DNA from: Octopus sinensis
Lineage: Eukaryota
Assembly: GCF_006345805.1 (NCBI RefSeq)
Contig: NW_021834528.1
Coordinates: 1-63,323 of the forward strand
Length of the DNA: 63,323 bases
Direction: 5' to 3'
Under the pieces are notes generated by a model. That model did not search any database. It saw only the letters and a program-made list of their open reading frames with translations, and was not told the origin of the DNA. A program made the position numbers and the translations under genes. Position 1 is the first letter of the stretch; each line of letters opens with the position of its first letter. Below are positions 11,998 to 23,460 of this stretch, one piece after another.

Positions 11998-14403
11998 AAC
12001 ACATCCCACACAGAGGAAGAAATAAAGATCTTGACGAATTCTGTAACCACATTGAGAACTTCCCCTACCATACTATACATAAACAGAAAGCTAACCCAAA
12101 TTTTAACAATACACAATGGAAAGAACTGATAGAACTCCAAAATGATGAAGATATAACCATTAAGGAAGCGGACAAGGAAATGCAGTTGTAATAATGGATA
12201 CATCATACTACAGAAATCTTGTAATTTCCTTGCTTGATGAAGACCTATATTATGAAAAAATTACCAACTACCCCCACAAAAAATAATGAAAACTCTATCT
12301 TCACTAATTAAAACCCATGAAAAGGAACTGACAACCAAAGAGATTGATTTCCTAACAAACTTTAAATGCAAACCTAGCCTTTTCTATGGTCTGCCAAAAA
12401 TTCATAAAAGTCAATTATAAATGAAACCATTAAAAATCACCAAAGACATACATACACACACCTAATCCGGGGACCTAAAACTACGACCCATTGTAGCTGC
12501 CCAACCTGTGAAACACACAGACTAAGTCTACTTATGGACATCCTCTTGAAACCCTTCCTTAAACATATCGATAGCCATATCAGAGATGACTTAGATATGT
12601 TAAACCACCTTCCAAAAAAAACCAAGAAGAAACAATCCTGGTTTCATTTGATGTAGTCAACTTGTATACCAGTATACCTCATAATTATGGACTGGAGGCA
12701 ATACAATTCTGGTTAGACCAATTTCCGGAAGAAATACCAAAAAGGATCAGTAAAGAATTCATTACTAAATCAATTGAATTCATCCTACACAATAACCACT
12801 TCATGTTTGACAATACATTTTACCGTCAAAAATCCGGAATTGCTATGGGTACAAGGGCAGCACCAGTCATTGCGAACTTAACAATGGGATACATGGAAAT
12901 AATCATTTACCAGGAATCTCTATCAATCTTTGGAAACTCCCTCTCTCAATACATAAAAGAGAATTGGAAACGATTCCTAGACGATTGTTTCATTCTCTGG
13001 AATGAAAACATAGATAAACTCCTAAATTTAAAAAACTATTGAACAGCATAAACCCAAATATACAGTTCACAATGGAATACAACCAAAAGGAGCTCCCGTT
13101 CTTGGATATACTAATTAAAAAAATTAACCTTAAAATAGAAACAGACATTTTTTACAAAGCCACAGACGCCAAACAATACCTTCTTTTTAATTCATGCCAC
13201 CCAAGACACACTAAAACAAACATCCCCTTCAACTTGCAAGAAGGATATGCACATAGTGTCAGAACAAATACCAGGAACTTTAGACTGCAAGAACTCAAAA
13301 AAACCCCTAATTGACAGACATTACCCAGCTCAACTCATAGAGGATGGGATCAGACGTGCAACAGAAATCAACATAGAAACTTTAAGAAAATTCAACACAA
13401 CAACACACCTTCCCCGAAAATACTACCTTACATATCTACATACAACCCCAGAAACAAAGAAGCCTTCACCATCATCACCCAGAATTTCCAATACTTCATA
13501 AAAACCCAAAATTAAAGGAAATTCTAAACATACACCAAATCATTAAAAGCTACAAACAGCCTAAATCACTTAAAAAGATTCTCACAAAGGCAAAATTGTC
13601 TTCTAAAATTACGGATGCAAAAGTAAAAAAATGTGGTAGATCGAACTGTGCAACATGTCCTAACCTATTGGAAGGATCAGAATTCTTCTTTAAAGAGGGA
13701 CAGAAATTTAGATCAAATCTAACTTTACTTGTGCCTCTGAAAACATAATTTATGTTATTAAATGCTCGGGCTGCCACCAAGACTACGTGGGTTCCACGGG
13801 ACTATCACTCAGGCGCAGATGCACACTGCATCGACAACAGATTGCATTCCCAGAATATAGAATGATACCTTTTAGTGAGCACATTGAGAAATGCGCAAAG
13901 CAACTACTGCCACAATTTTTAATCTTCCCATTTTACCAATGTGCTTTCGGATCATCAACACAAATGAGACTGAACAGGAAACATTCTTCATTGAAAAGTA
14001 CAAACCCAGACTCAACCATCCGAACATACTGACACAGAGAAATTAACAAGGAAATGGAAAAAAAAAATTTTTTTAAGCGATTATCTCCCCTACACCGGAA
14101 AAAATCACTCACTACCTCCCCTTATTTAGAAATCTCCTGGAAATAAAAACAACGATAATTCCATGCAATATAAACATAACGTCACAAGAAATTTGAAAAG
14201 CTACACGCGAAACCGGTAATTTCTTTAAAATTTTAAATTATGTCATTTTAAGAAAGGAAAAAATTTTTCCAATATTCTCCAGACATTTTGACACAATATA
14301 TATTTTTTTAACATTTAAGCCTTCTGTCGTTTTTTTCACACTTTACTATTTTCTTATATATTCACCCACGTGCTTTACCAAACAAACTTTCTTATCTATA
14401 TAT
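11998..14403 (+). mobile_element. 5'-truncated inverted copy of the same PLE (RT, GIY-YIG, complete 3' pLTR)
   Basis: Near-identical reverse complement of ~7850-10237. Track ORFs 12662-13042, 13039-13314 and 13787-14032 match the minus-copy peptides. It ends at ...ctttcttatctatatatt followed by (TA)n. Confidence 0.93.
14186..14225 (+). ncRNA. Minimal type-I hammerhead ribozyme, U3:A8 core variant, in PLE pLTR
   Basis: AAGAAAT [TTGAAAA] GC-TACAC-GC [GAAA] CCGG [TA] ATTTCTT: 7-bp stem I, 2-bp stem II, palindromic stem III (ACCGGT), GUA cleavage triplet. Confidence 0.75.
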
Positions 14404-14445
14404 TATATATATATATAATATATATATATATATATTATATATATT

Positions 14446-15234
14446 TTCAATTAGTCAATTTAGGGTAGCAAAAAAATTCAATAGAAATTTATCGCACCCA
14501 GCGGCCTGGTGGAAAAGAGAAAATAGTCATCGACTAATATATAAATATAAACATTTAGGAGTGACCCCAACAGGTCACTCGTCCACCAGAAAGAGCAGCC
14601 ATAACTCACACCGCCAAGTAGTAGTAATTCAGAAATTAGGTGAAAATTTAAAAACATTTACCCTAATTCATCTTTTAGACGTTGCAACGTTTCTGTGTCA
14701 TTAATGATTAAATTAGCTTAATTAAATTAAATTAAGCCAATCTACCATAGGTTACACTTCATCAGTAAAAGACCTGGGAGAGACAAATATACACGAGGCG
14801 TCTGTATCGATGCCTACGGGATATCTGACTTAAAATTTTCAAGACTGACGTATTCGCGCCAACTTATCAGTCAGCAAGTAAATATAAACTGCCGATTCAA
14901 TCTCAGAATTATTCAGAAAATATCAATTAGTCAATTTAGGGTAGCAAAAAAATTCAATAGAAATTTATCGCAACCAGCGGCCTGGTGGAAAAGAAAAATA
15001 GTCATCGACTAAATATATAAATATAACAATTTAGGAGTGACCCAACAGGTCACTCGTCCACCAGAAAAGGCAGCCATAACTCACACCGCCAAGTAGTAGT
15101 AATTCAGAAATTAGGTGAAAATTTAAAATTTTTTTAAATTTTCACCTAATTTCTGAATTACTACTACTTGGCGGTGTGAGTTATGGCTGCTCTTTCTGGT
15201 GGACGAGTGACCTGTTGGGGTCACTCCTAAATTG

Positions 15235-15238
<4 letters not shown>
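14446..15238 (-). repeat. ~475-bp unit in 1.4 tandem copies plus a terminal 110-bp inverted segment, in (TA)n
   Basis: tcaattagtcaatttagggtagc recurs at ~14447 and ~14924. The segment 15128-15238 is the reverse complement of ~15020-15127, with the hairpin centre near 15128-15131. Confidence 0.92.
14672..14771 (-). ncRNA. Canonical type-I hammerhead ribozyme with extended stem II
   Basis: Minus strand: CTTTTA [CTGATGA] A-GTGT...ACAC-A [GAAA] CGTTGCAACG [TC] TAAAAG. It has a perfect 6-bp stem I, a 12-nt palindromic stem III (ACGTTGCAACGT) and a GUC triplet. Confidence 0.85.
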
Positions 15239-15329
<91 letters not shown>

Positions 15330-15332
<3 letters not shown>

Positions 15333-15465
15333 TGTGTGGTAAGTAGCTTGCTTACCAACCACATGGTTCCGGGTTCAACTTGGGCAAGTGTCTTCTACTA
15401 TAGCCTCAGGCCGACCAAAGCCTTGTGAGTGGATTTGGTAGACGGAGTCTGAAAGAAGCCCGTCG

Positions 15466-15496
<31 letters not shown>

Positions 15497-15755
15497 TTTT
15501 GTGTGTGTGTGTGTGTGTGTGTCTGTGTGTGTGTCTGTGTCTGTGTGTGTGTCTGTGTTTGTCCCCTCAACATCGCTTGACAACCGATGCTGGTGTGTTT
15601 ACGTCCCCGTAACTTAGCGGTTCGGCAAAAGAGACCGATAGAATAAGTACTAGGCTTACAAAGAATAAGTCCTGGGGTCGATTTGCTCGACTAAAAGGCG
15701 GTGCTCCAGCATGGCCACAGTCAAATGACTGAAACAAGTAAAAAGAGTAGAAGAG
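15330..15755 (+). mobile_element. SINE family A (tRNA-like head, internal microsatellite, CR1-like tail)
   Basis: GGCTGTGTGGTAAGTAGCTTGC...GGGTTCA head and tail GGCGGTGCTCCAGCATGGCCACAGTCAAATGACTGAAAC. Further copies at ~16260-16560+, 25030-25437-, 33295-33670+, 34625-35113-, 45355-46140-, 50370-50900-, 54555-54720-, 55735-55860-, 56165-56285- and 56515-56862+. Confidence 0.85.
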
Positions 15756-15786
<31 letters not shown>

Positions 15787-17349
15787 CAAAGTAAGCACAA
15801 ACAATCGAAACAAGGTGTACCCTTAACGTAGTTCTCGGGGAGATTCAGCGTGACACAATGAGCGACAAGGCTAGCCCCTTTGAAATACAGGTACAACAGA
15901 AAACGGGAAGAAAGTGTGAGAGAAAGTTGTGGTGAAAGAGTACAGCAGGGTTCGCCACCACACCCTGCCGGAGCATCGTGGAGCTTTAGGTGTTTTCGCT
16001 CAACAAACACTCACAACGTCCGGTCTGGGAATCGAAACCGCGATCCTACGACCGGAAGTCCGCTACCCTAACCAGTGGGCCATTGCGCCTCCACACACCA
16101 CACACACACACATATATATATATATACACACACATACACACCAATGAGGAATGTGCAAAACACAAGATAAAACACCAGGGAGACAAGTAAATTTTTGTGT
16201 ATGTGTGTATTGAGTTCATACTTACTTTTCAAGTTTAATTTTTTTTAATTTCGTTTTTGGCTTCTTTGTGTCCAGTTTGCTTCCCAACCACATTCGTTCT
16301 GGGTTCAGTCCCACTGCGTAGCACCTTCAACAGGTGTCTTTTAGTATAACCTCGACCGCTGACCAAAGCTTTGTCAGTGGCTTTGGTAAACGGAAACTGA
16401 AATAACCCGTCATATATATGTGTATGTGTGTGTGTGTCGGCGTTTGCCCCACCGCTTGACAACCGGTGTCGGTGTGTTTACGTCCCCGTAAATTACCAGT
16501 TCGGCAAAAGAGACTGATAGAATAAGTACCAGTCGAGCCCCGGGGTCTATGTAATCGACTTAACTTCTCCTTGGTATGAGTATAAAAATTGCATCCTTCT
16601 TCCAAGCCATGTCGAGCCAGAATGGCAGAGTAGGCTCATCAAACTAGCTCAAGCTCAAATTCACGACCTCCATATCAGACCGTGGTTGGTGGAGAGAACA
16701 AGCTAAAGCCCTCGTCCTGCAGTGAACTAATTACTGGGCACTTATTGCAGCAGTCCTTCAGTTTTTCTACGCCCTGTAAAAGAACTCGGAAAGTTGGGCC
16801 TCCAACCAAGCCTTTCGCGATACGCTTAAAGCCAGGAATTTTTCAGCACCCCTTCGTTTATGTGTGCGTGTAAGTATGATTAACAAAGCAAAATTTGCGA
16901 ATCTCGAAGCAAATAAAACTATAAATAACTGTGTAAATATTGGAGTAAAAACCGTTTGGATAGAAAAAGCCTAATGACTTCAATGAGGTAAGCAATATTT
17001 TTTTTACGTTTTTAAAACAATGTTAACTTTAGCAGTTTTGTTTTAAATTCCCAGACGGATTGCTCCACTAAATTTTAATTTTCTGCGTAAAGTGTACGAA
17101 TGGTTTAAAAAAAAAAATTTTAACTTGCAGTGCAACAAAACGTTTTACGATACCATCAAAACCAGGAACTTTTCAGCAACCCCTTGTTTACGTATGCGTT
17201 TAAGTATGCTTATGCTTAACAAAGCAAGATTAGCAATTCTCCTTAAGGAACAGTGAAACTCGAAGCAAATAAAGCTATAAAAATCAGTGTGTAGCAATTG
17301 AGTCAAAAACCGTTTCGATCGAAAAAGCCTAATGACGTCATCAAGTAAG

Positions 17350-17427
<78 letters not shown>

Positions 17428-18141
17428 CAATTTTAACTTTAAAACAGTTTTACTTTAAATTCCCAGACGGATTACCCCACTAAATGTTAAGTTTCCTTGT
17501 AAAGTGTGTGAGGGTTTTTACTTTTAATCCGCAGTGCACCACGAAGTGAAATAGATGGAGAACCACCGATGTAAAGTGTCCTTTTTAAAACGGTGGGATG
17601 TAATTTGAGGAAGAAACGATTTTTATTTCTAGAAGGTGGAAGTACCGCGCAGGGTTTCTCTCGTGAGCTCGTACAACTATGAAGAGATACTGTCGTTACC
17701 AATTATGAGAATTATGAATGTTTAGTGACTAGACAGGCCAGAAACAGGATACGAACCAACCAACAACCTCGGCGACTCGTTACTTAGTACCGTTTCGACT
17801 CAAGTATCTGAAGCTCTGTAGTTCTAAAATGACGACGCCACATTTGTCTTGACGAATGTCTGTGTATATAACGACAGACGCCATAGTCAAATTAACAAAA
17901 TGCCCGCGTCGAAACAAACGTTGTTACAAAACATTAACTCCATTTTCCCATTTAAGATATACATTCAAAAATTCCTGCTTTGTTTTCTTCTATTCTATGC
18001 CAAGAATACATATATATATGTATGTATTTACAAATATATATATACATACATACATAAATACACGTGTGTATACATATGATATGTATGTAGATATATGTGC
18101 ATACACACATATATGCATATATACATACATTACATATTACA

Positions 18142-18221
<80 letters not shown>

Positions 18222-18531
18222 ATACATATATTCGTGACTGACCAGGCTATTAGATGCTGCTACACATCGCTGTCACAATGCGCTTCGCATTGTTCTAGCC
18301 TTCAAGCGAGCAGGCCAGCAGAAGAAAGAGTGAGAGAGAAAGTTGTGGCGAAGGAGTACAGCAGGGATCGCCACCGTCCCCTGCCTCGTGGAGCTTTAGG
18401 TGTTTTCGCTCAATAAACACTCACAACGCTTGGTCTGGAAATCGAAACCGCGAGTCCGCTGCCCTAACCACTGGGCCATTGCGCCTCCACATGTATATAT
18501 ATTAAATGCATACATATATATAATTATATTT

Positions 18532-18569
<38 letters not shown>

Positions 18570-18580
18570 TAATATATGAT

Positions 18581-18765
18581 ATCTATACAATATGTTACAT
18601 TTCGGTAGTCAAGATAAAACTCTGAGTTCAGATGCCGAAGTGGAAATCACAACACCATCTCTTCGGTTCAGAATAACCGAAGAGATGGTGTTGTGGATTT
18701 CCACTTCGGCATCTGAACTCAGAGTTTTATCTTGACTACCGAGTAATGTAACATATTGTATAGAT
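18581..18765. repeat. Near-perfect 185-bp palindrome (~89-bp stem, 6-nt loop)
   Basis: atctatacaatatgttacat...ctcttcggtt CAGAAT aaccgaagag...atgtaacatattgtatagat. Confidence 0.95.
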
Positions 18766-18861
18766 AAAGTTTCCTCTATTTACATAATATGAGGTCTCTT
18801 TCTTTCTTTTGTTATCTTATTACGTTTTATCAATATAATATATATATCTATAATATATATA

Positions 18862-18894
<33 letters not shown>

Positions 18895-18964
18895 ATTATA
18901 TATATATATATAATATATATATACATATTTATACATATTATTTTTACATATATATAAATTGACC

Positions 18965-19150
18965 TCATGTGTGTACCGTTGGCGATTTTTTCCTCTGTCT
19001 TCCCTTCTCTGGATCTTTCCTTCTCCTATGTTTCCGACGAAGAGCTCCGCTCGAAACGTTAAACCTCCTTCTTTTTCCTGAGCGTCCAATAATACTATAT
19101 TTGTTCCACGTCCTCGCGTTGTTGTGTTTTTTTTGTGCTTTCTTGTTTGG
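18965..19150 (+). mobile_element. PLE pLTR-like fragment with minimal hammerhead (19030-19064); family copies at ~41590-41780 and ~55520-55700
   Basis: GTTT C(C/T)GACGA A GAGC-TCC-GCTC GAAA CG TT AAAC, followed by the shared gtcctcgcgttgttgtgtttt...ggattaac and (TA)n. Confidence 0.65.
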
Positions 19151-19164
19151 ATTAACTATATATA

Positions 19165-19200
<36 letters not shown>

Positions 19201-19669
19201 TGTATGTATATCAGGTTTTCTCTGTAAGGGAATGAAAAAGATGAAGTTCGTTCGGTTCTGAAAACGTATTGGAATCTTTATTTGAAGACAAACTTCGTAT
19301 CATTAGAGAGAGAGAATGCCTGTATTTGCACTGCACTTCAGTACATGAGAGCCATCATAGTTCGTGTATTTATAACAACTATTCTGTATTTGTAACATTG
19401 GTAATTACCTCTTTTTCAGATAAATAGTTTTTTCGCTTTTCTGTTTTCTTTTTTTTTTTTTTTTTTTTTTTTTGCATTTCTATATTCTTTTGTACTCGCA
19501 GAAAATAACTCAAAAGAATTCAGAATGTAATGTTGTTTTGTTTTCTTCCTGTTGTTAACGTGTAAAATTGCAAGAAGGCGTGACGTATTATACAGCAAGT
19601 GATGGAGGGGAGAAGTGTAGGAGAACAGAGGAAACACCAATGAGTAACCGTGAACTCATATATATGTGA

Positions 19670-19714
<45 letters not shown>

Positions 19715-20149
19715 TAATTGAAATCGTTGTATGAGAAAATATCTCAAAATAAAAAAAATGTCGCAAATCTATGAGATAACAGACATTATATGAAGGATGT
19801 CTTCTTGCCTTCAGCTTTTTGGTTATTCCGTTACTGATGCTAGTTCTAACAGCTGGGAGAACAACGAAGCAACATATTAAAGTACTTGAAATTTCTACAA
19901 AACATTTTTCTCTGTCTCTCTACCAAAAATTGCATTATAATGATAGGCTTTCGGTGTTTCTCTATTTTTGATGTAATATGTATGAAATATCTATATTGAT
20001 TATAACTTGCATTTCCTTACACTAGAAGAAGGGCCTCGGATTACTGTGAGGTAAATTGTTTCGTCTAACGTCAGTTTCTCCTTGCTCTTTATCTCCCTCG
20101 CTATTTCTCTCTCTCTCTCTCTCAATCTCTCTCTCTCTCTCTCAATCTC

Positions 20150-20201
<52 letters not shown>

Positions 20202-22599
20202 GGTTATAGGAACATAAGCTGCTGTTGTTATTTAGCTCCAGGTCAGACCTGATCCAACAGACCTATGATCAAAGAGGTTCCAATCTTGACCATCCAGTAC
20301 TTCTCTGGAGACTTGTATATCTAGGACTACATTAGGCAATGTCTTCTATCTCTCTTTCCAAAACGATTGGATATAATTTGCAGAAAATATAATACTTATT
20401 TCTAGCAAGTCGATTGGCCGTATAGAGGTTCCTTCGTTTGATCATTACCAACGTAAGTAAACTGAACTGATTGCCGTCTGCAATTGAAACTGGATCCCAG
20501 AGTTAGTGGCTAAATACGTCTCTATTTTGATAAGCGTACTTTTATCTTGCATTCTAACGCGATAAATAAATTGCCTGGCATTTTAAGATCAATATGTTAT
20601 TTACAGCCAAATTAACTGAGGCATTCAGAAGGTACGTCTTCTCCAAAACGAACGAGAGTTCTACCGCACATTTGAGTACCCGATCTATAAACAGTTAACG
20701 AAAAAAAAAGAATCACTTCTATATTTATGAAATGAGGAATGTATATATTATGTATTAGTCTTCGTCTTGATTATTGCTTTCACTACGTTTCAGCTGTTTA
20801 CGCTCCAGCGTTCTTTAGGTGTCATGTGAGTCACCTTTGTGCCTTGCTTGGGATTGAACTCGGAATTTATAGGTGGCTGCGCTGCATTTCAGTGCCTTTA
20901 TCTAGTAGGCCAATTCACTCTGATACTGACTATGGGCATGGCTACTGGATACACGCGCTGAAATGAAGAAATCTGGAGTGTACACAGCCGAAACGTGGAC
21001 AACACGTCGATAATATATAATAGAAAAAATTCCATTTGATTTCATGGCCCGTTATAACCGGTGCCAAATCTTCTTTAAATGATACCCTACCGTCTTAAAA
21101 TGGATAAACATAACCGGATTAAGGATATATACTTGTGTTCAAAGTGATTTAGACTATTTGTTGAAACTAATGCATGGAAGACTCATATTAGCCGTTCAAA
21201 AATGCACAAAAACTATTAACCTCACTTAAATATTTATTTGATGACTAGGCTGCGGTTAATGCAACGAAAATTTTGACACCAAATAATAAATGTTTGATTA
21301 CAGTTAACACATTTTATATGTTTTTGAATGGCTAGAGTGTCTTCTATGCTGTAATTGCATAAGTGGATTAAGTAATCCAGAAAATAATATACCATAAAAA
21401 CATACCAGTCGGTTACGGTTTGAATTTCACTCGAATGATGTAAATTTGTCGCTCAGAATCATTTTGCAATGTGGTAAAAGGAAAGATAGGCTTTTGGGTG
21501 GTTGCGCCTCATCACTCGGTTAAACACTACTATGCATAAAAGATTAGGTCAAGCTTATATCTGGTAAACTTAGAGCATTAAAATATAGCATCTGTGTAAG
21601 CAATCCCCGGACAGGGTGGTGCACTGTGTTCTTGGGCAAAACACTTGATCACACATTACTCTCTGCGATCACTTAGACATATGGTGTGTTGTACACCGGG
21701 CAACTGAACAGATAAAGAAGTGAGCTAAAGGATAGCACAAACATTTGTCGCTATCAACAAAACATCTATGCAAGTTGTTCAGCAAGATATTGCTGGACAG
21801 TCACTTTCGGACTCGAGAGACCACCATTTATTTATTTGTTTGTTTATTAGTATAGCAATTTAAATGGGTAATTTTCTCCAAACACTACAATGATTCCTCT
21901 CCGCGCTCTTAATAGCATTTTGAAGGGGAAAACAAAACATGTTTTGCAAAATTGCACAAAATGTTTTTTTGAAGAAAAACGAAATTTCGAAAACCTCCAG
22001 ATTTTCAATTTTTATCTTTATCTTTTAATCTTTAACGGCCAGTATTTCAGGTGACTCTGAAAATATTAAAATTGTACGGATAAAAACTGGATGGTAGAAC
22101 TGTTTTGAATTGTTCCTTCAAATAAAAAGTTCGAAAAAAAAAGATATTTAAAACATCAAGCATCTTAGTTTTAGATTTTTTTAAAAATTGAAGTGTAATC
22201 AAAATTGTGCATAAATAGATTTAATTAAAACTGAGATAACTAGATTAACTCGTTTGATTTGTTTTGTCTTTGTGTGTGTGAGTGTGTATAAGATGTATTT
22301 TCAAAGAACAAGAAATCCCAAAAATCTAATTATAATAACGAAGCAAACACAACATATGAAATCCACAAGCTGTTGAAGAATTTTCCCTCTTCTTCAGCTT
22401 ACTACAAACGGAATAGGTCTACACCTCCAGATAAACTGGTTCTAGTACAAGGAAGAACTTATCTGGCAGACCTAGAACTACTAGAAGAACAGACGAGAGG
22501 GGACTAAACATTTTTTCTCTTCAAAAAAAAAAAAAAAAGAATGATAAGCTTGCAGCAGCTATCGAGAGTATTTAGACACTACATTTCTGGGCCAAGTAT

Positions 22600-23460
22600 G
22601 GTACCTGTGATTCAAAGAGGTTTCAGAGAAAGCCTTCTGGACTGATGAAGCAATATTTGGGCTTTGTAATGTAGCTCCTGGACGTTATTTTCGCAATGTT
22701 GCTGGAGGATTTCACCCGGAGTGTATTTCAACAGCTATGAGATAAAGAGAAGCTATTTTTATCTGAAAGGTGTTGGTGATAGAATAAGTGTGCTCAGTCG
22801 ATTCCTGCTTGGAATACCTAAAACTAAGGCGGTGAGCTGACAGTATTGTTAGCACGTCGGACAAAATGCATAGCGGTATTTCTTCTGGATCTTTATGTTC
22901 CGAGTTAAATCATGCTGAGGATCACCTTTCATCTAACCGAGGTCGATAAAATAAAGTACTAGTCAAGTACTAAGGTCGATATAATCGACTTGTCTCCTCC
23001 CTTCAAATTTACTGGCCTTGAACCAAACAACAGATTGGCATCCCGATCGGGGAAATGTGATCTTATACGACATGGAAACCAAATAACCAGCCTTATGAGT
23101 CCGAAGATTCAATAACAAAAAAAGCACCTGTTCTAGAAAGCATTACTTCCTAGCCTTCAAAAATTATTTTCTGAAGACAAAAAAAAACTAAGACATTTTG
23201 TATATATTGCAAAAGAAACAAAATTATTTGAGATAAACTCCCTGAAAATTATAGTCTGGTCAAGTCAGAACCCAGATTTAAGCCTCATTGGGAATATTTG
23301 GAGATACATATTTAGACATACGAATGATGGAAGAGAAGTTTTTCAAATTCTATTAGACTTTGGAAAACATCGTTGATATTTCTTGGTGCGAAAAACTGAT
23401 AGTTTACCCAAAGAGCTGGGTAACTTACAGAAAGCTAAGGAACGTTCTATTCGGTATATT
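22600..23460 (+). pseudogene. Decayed Tc1-like transposase remnant interrupted by a SINE
   Basis: KAFWTDEAIFGLCN (WTDE motif) near 22635 and WSSQNPDLSLIGNIW near 23260, resembling the Tc1 WPAQSPDLNPIENLW motif. Confidence 0.6.

Noticed and set aside
22412-22473. Hairpin TAGGTCT..CCAGATAA..TTATCTGG..AGACCTA as a pre-miRNA
   Set aside because: It has only ~20 bp with large asymmetric bulges, which is atypical of miRNA precursors.
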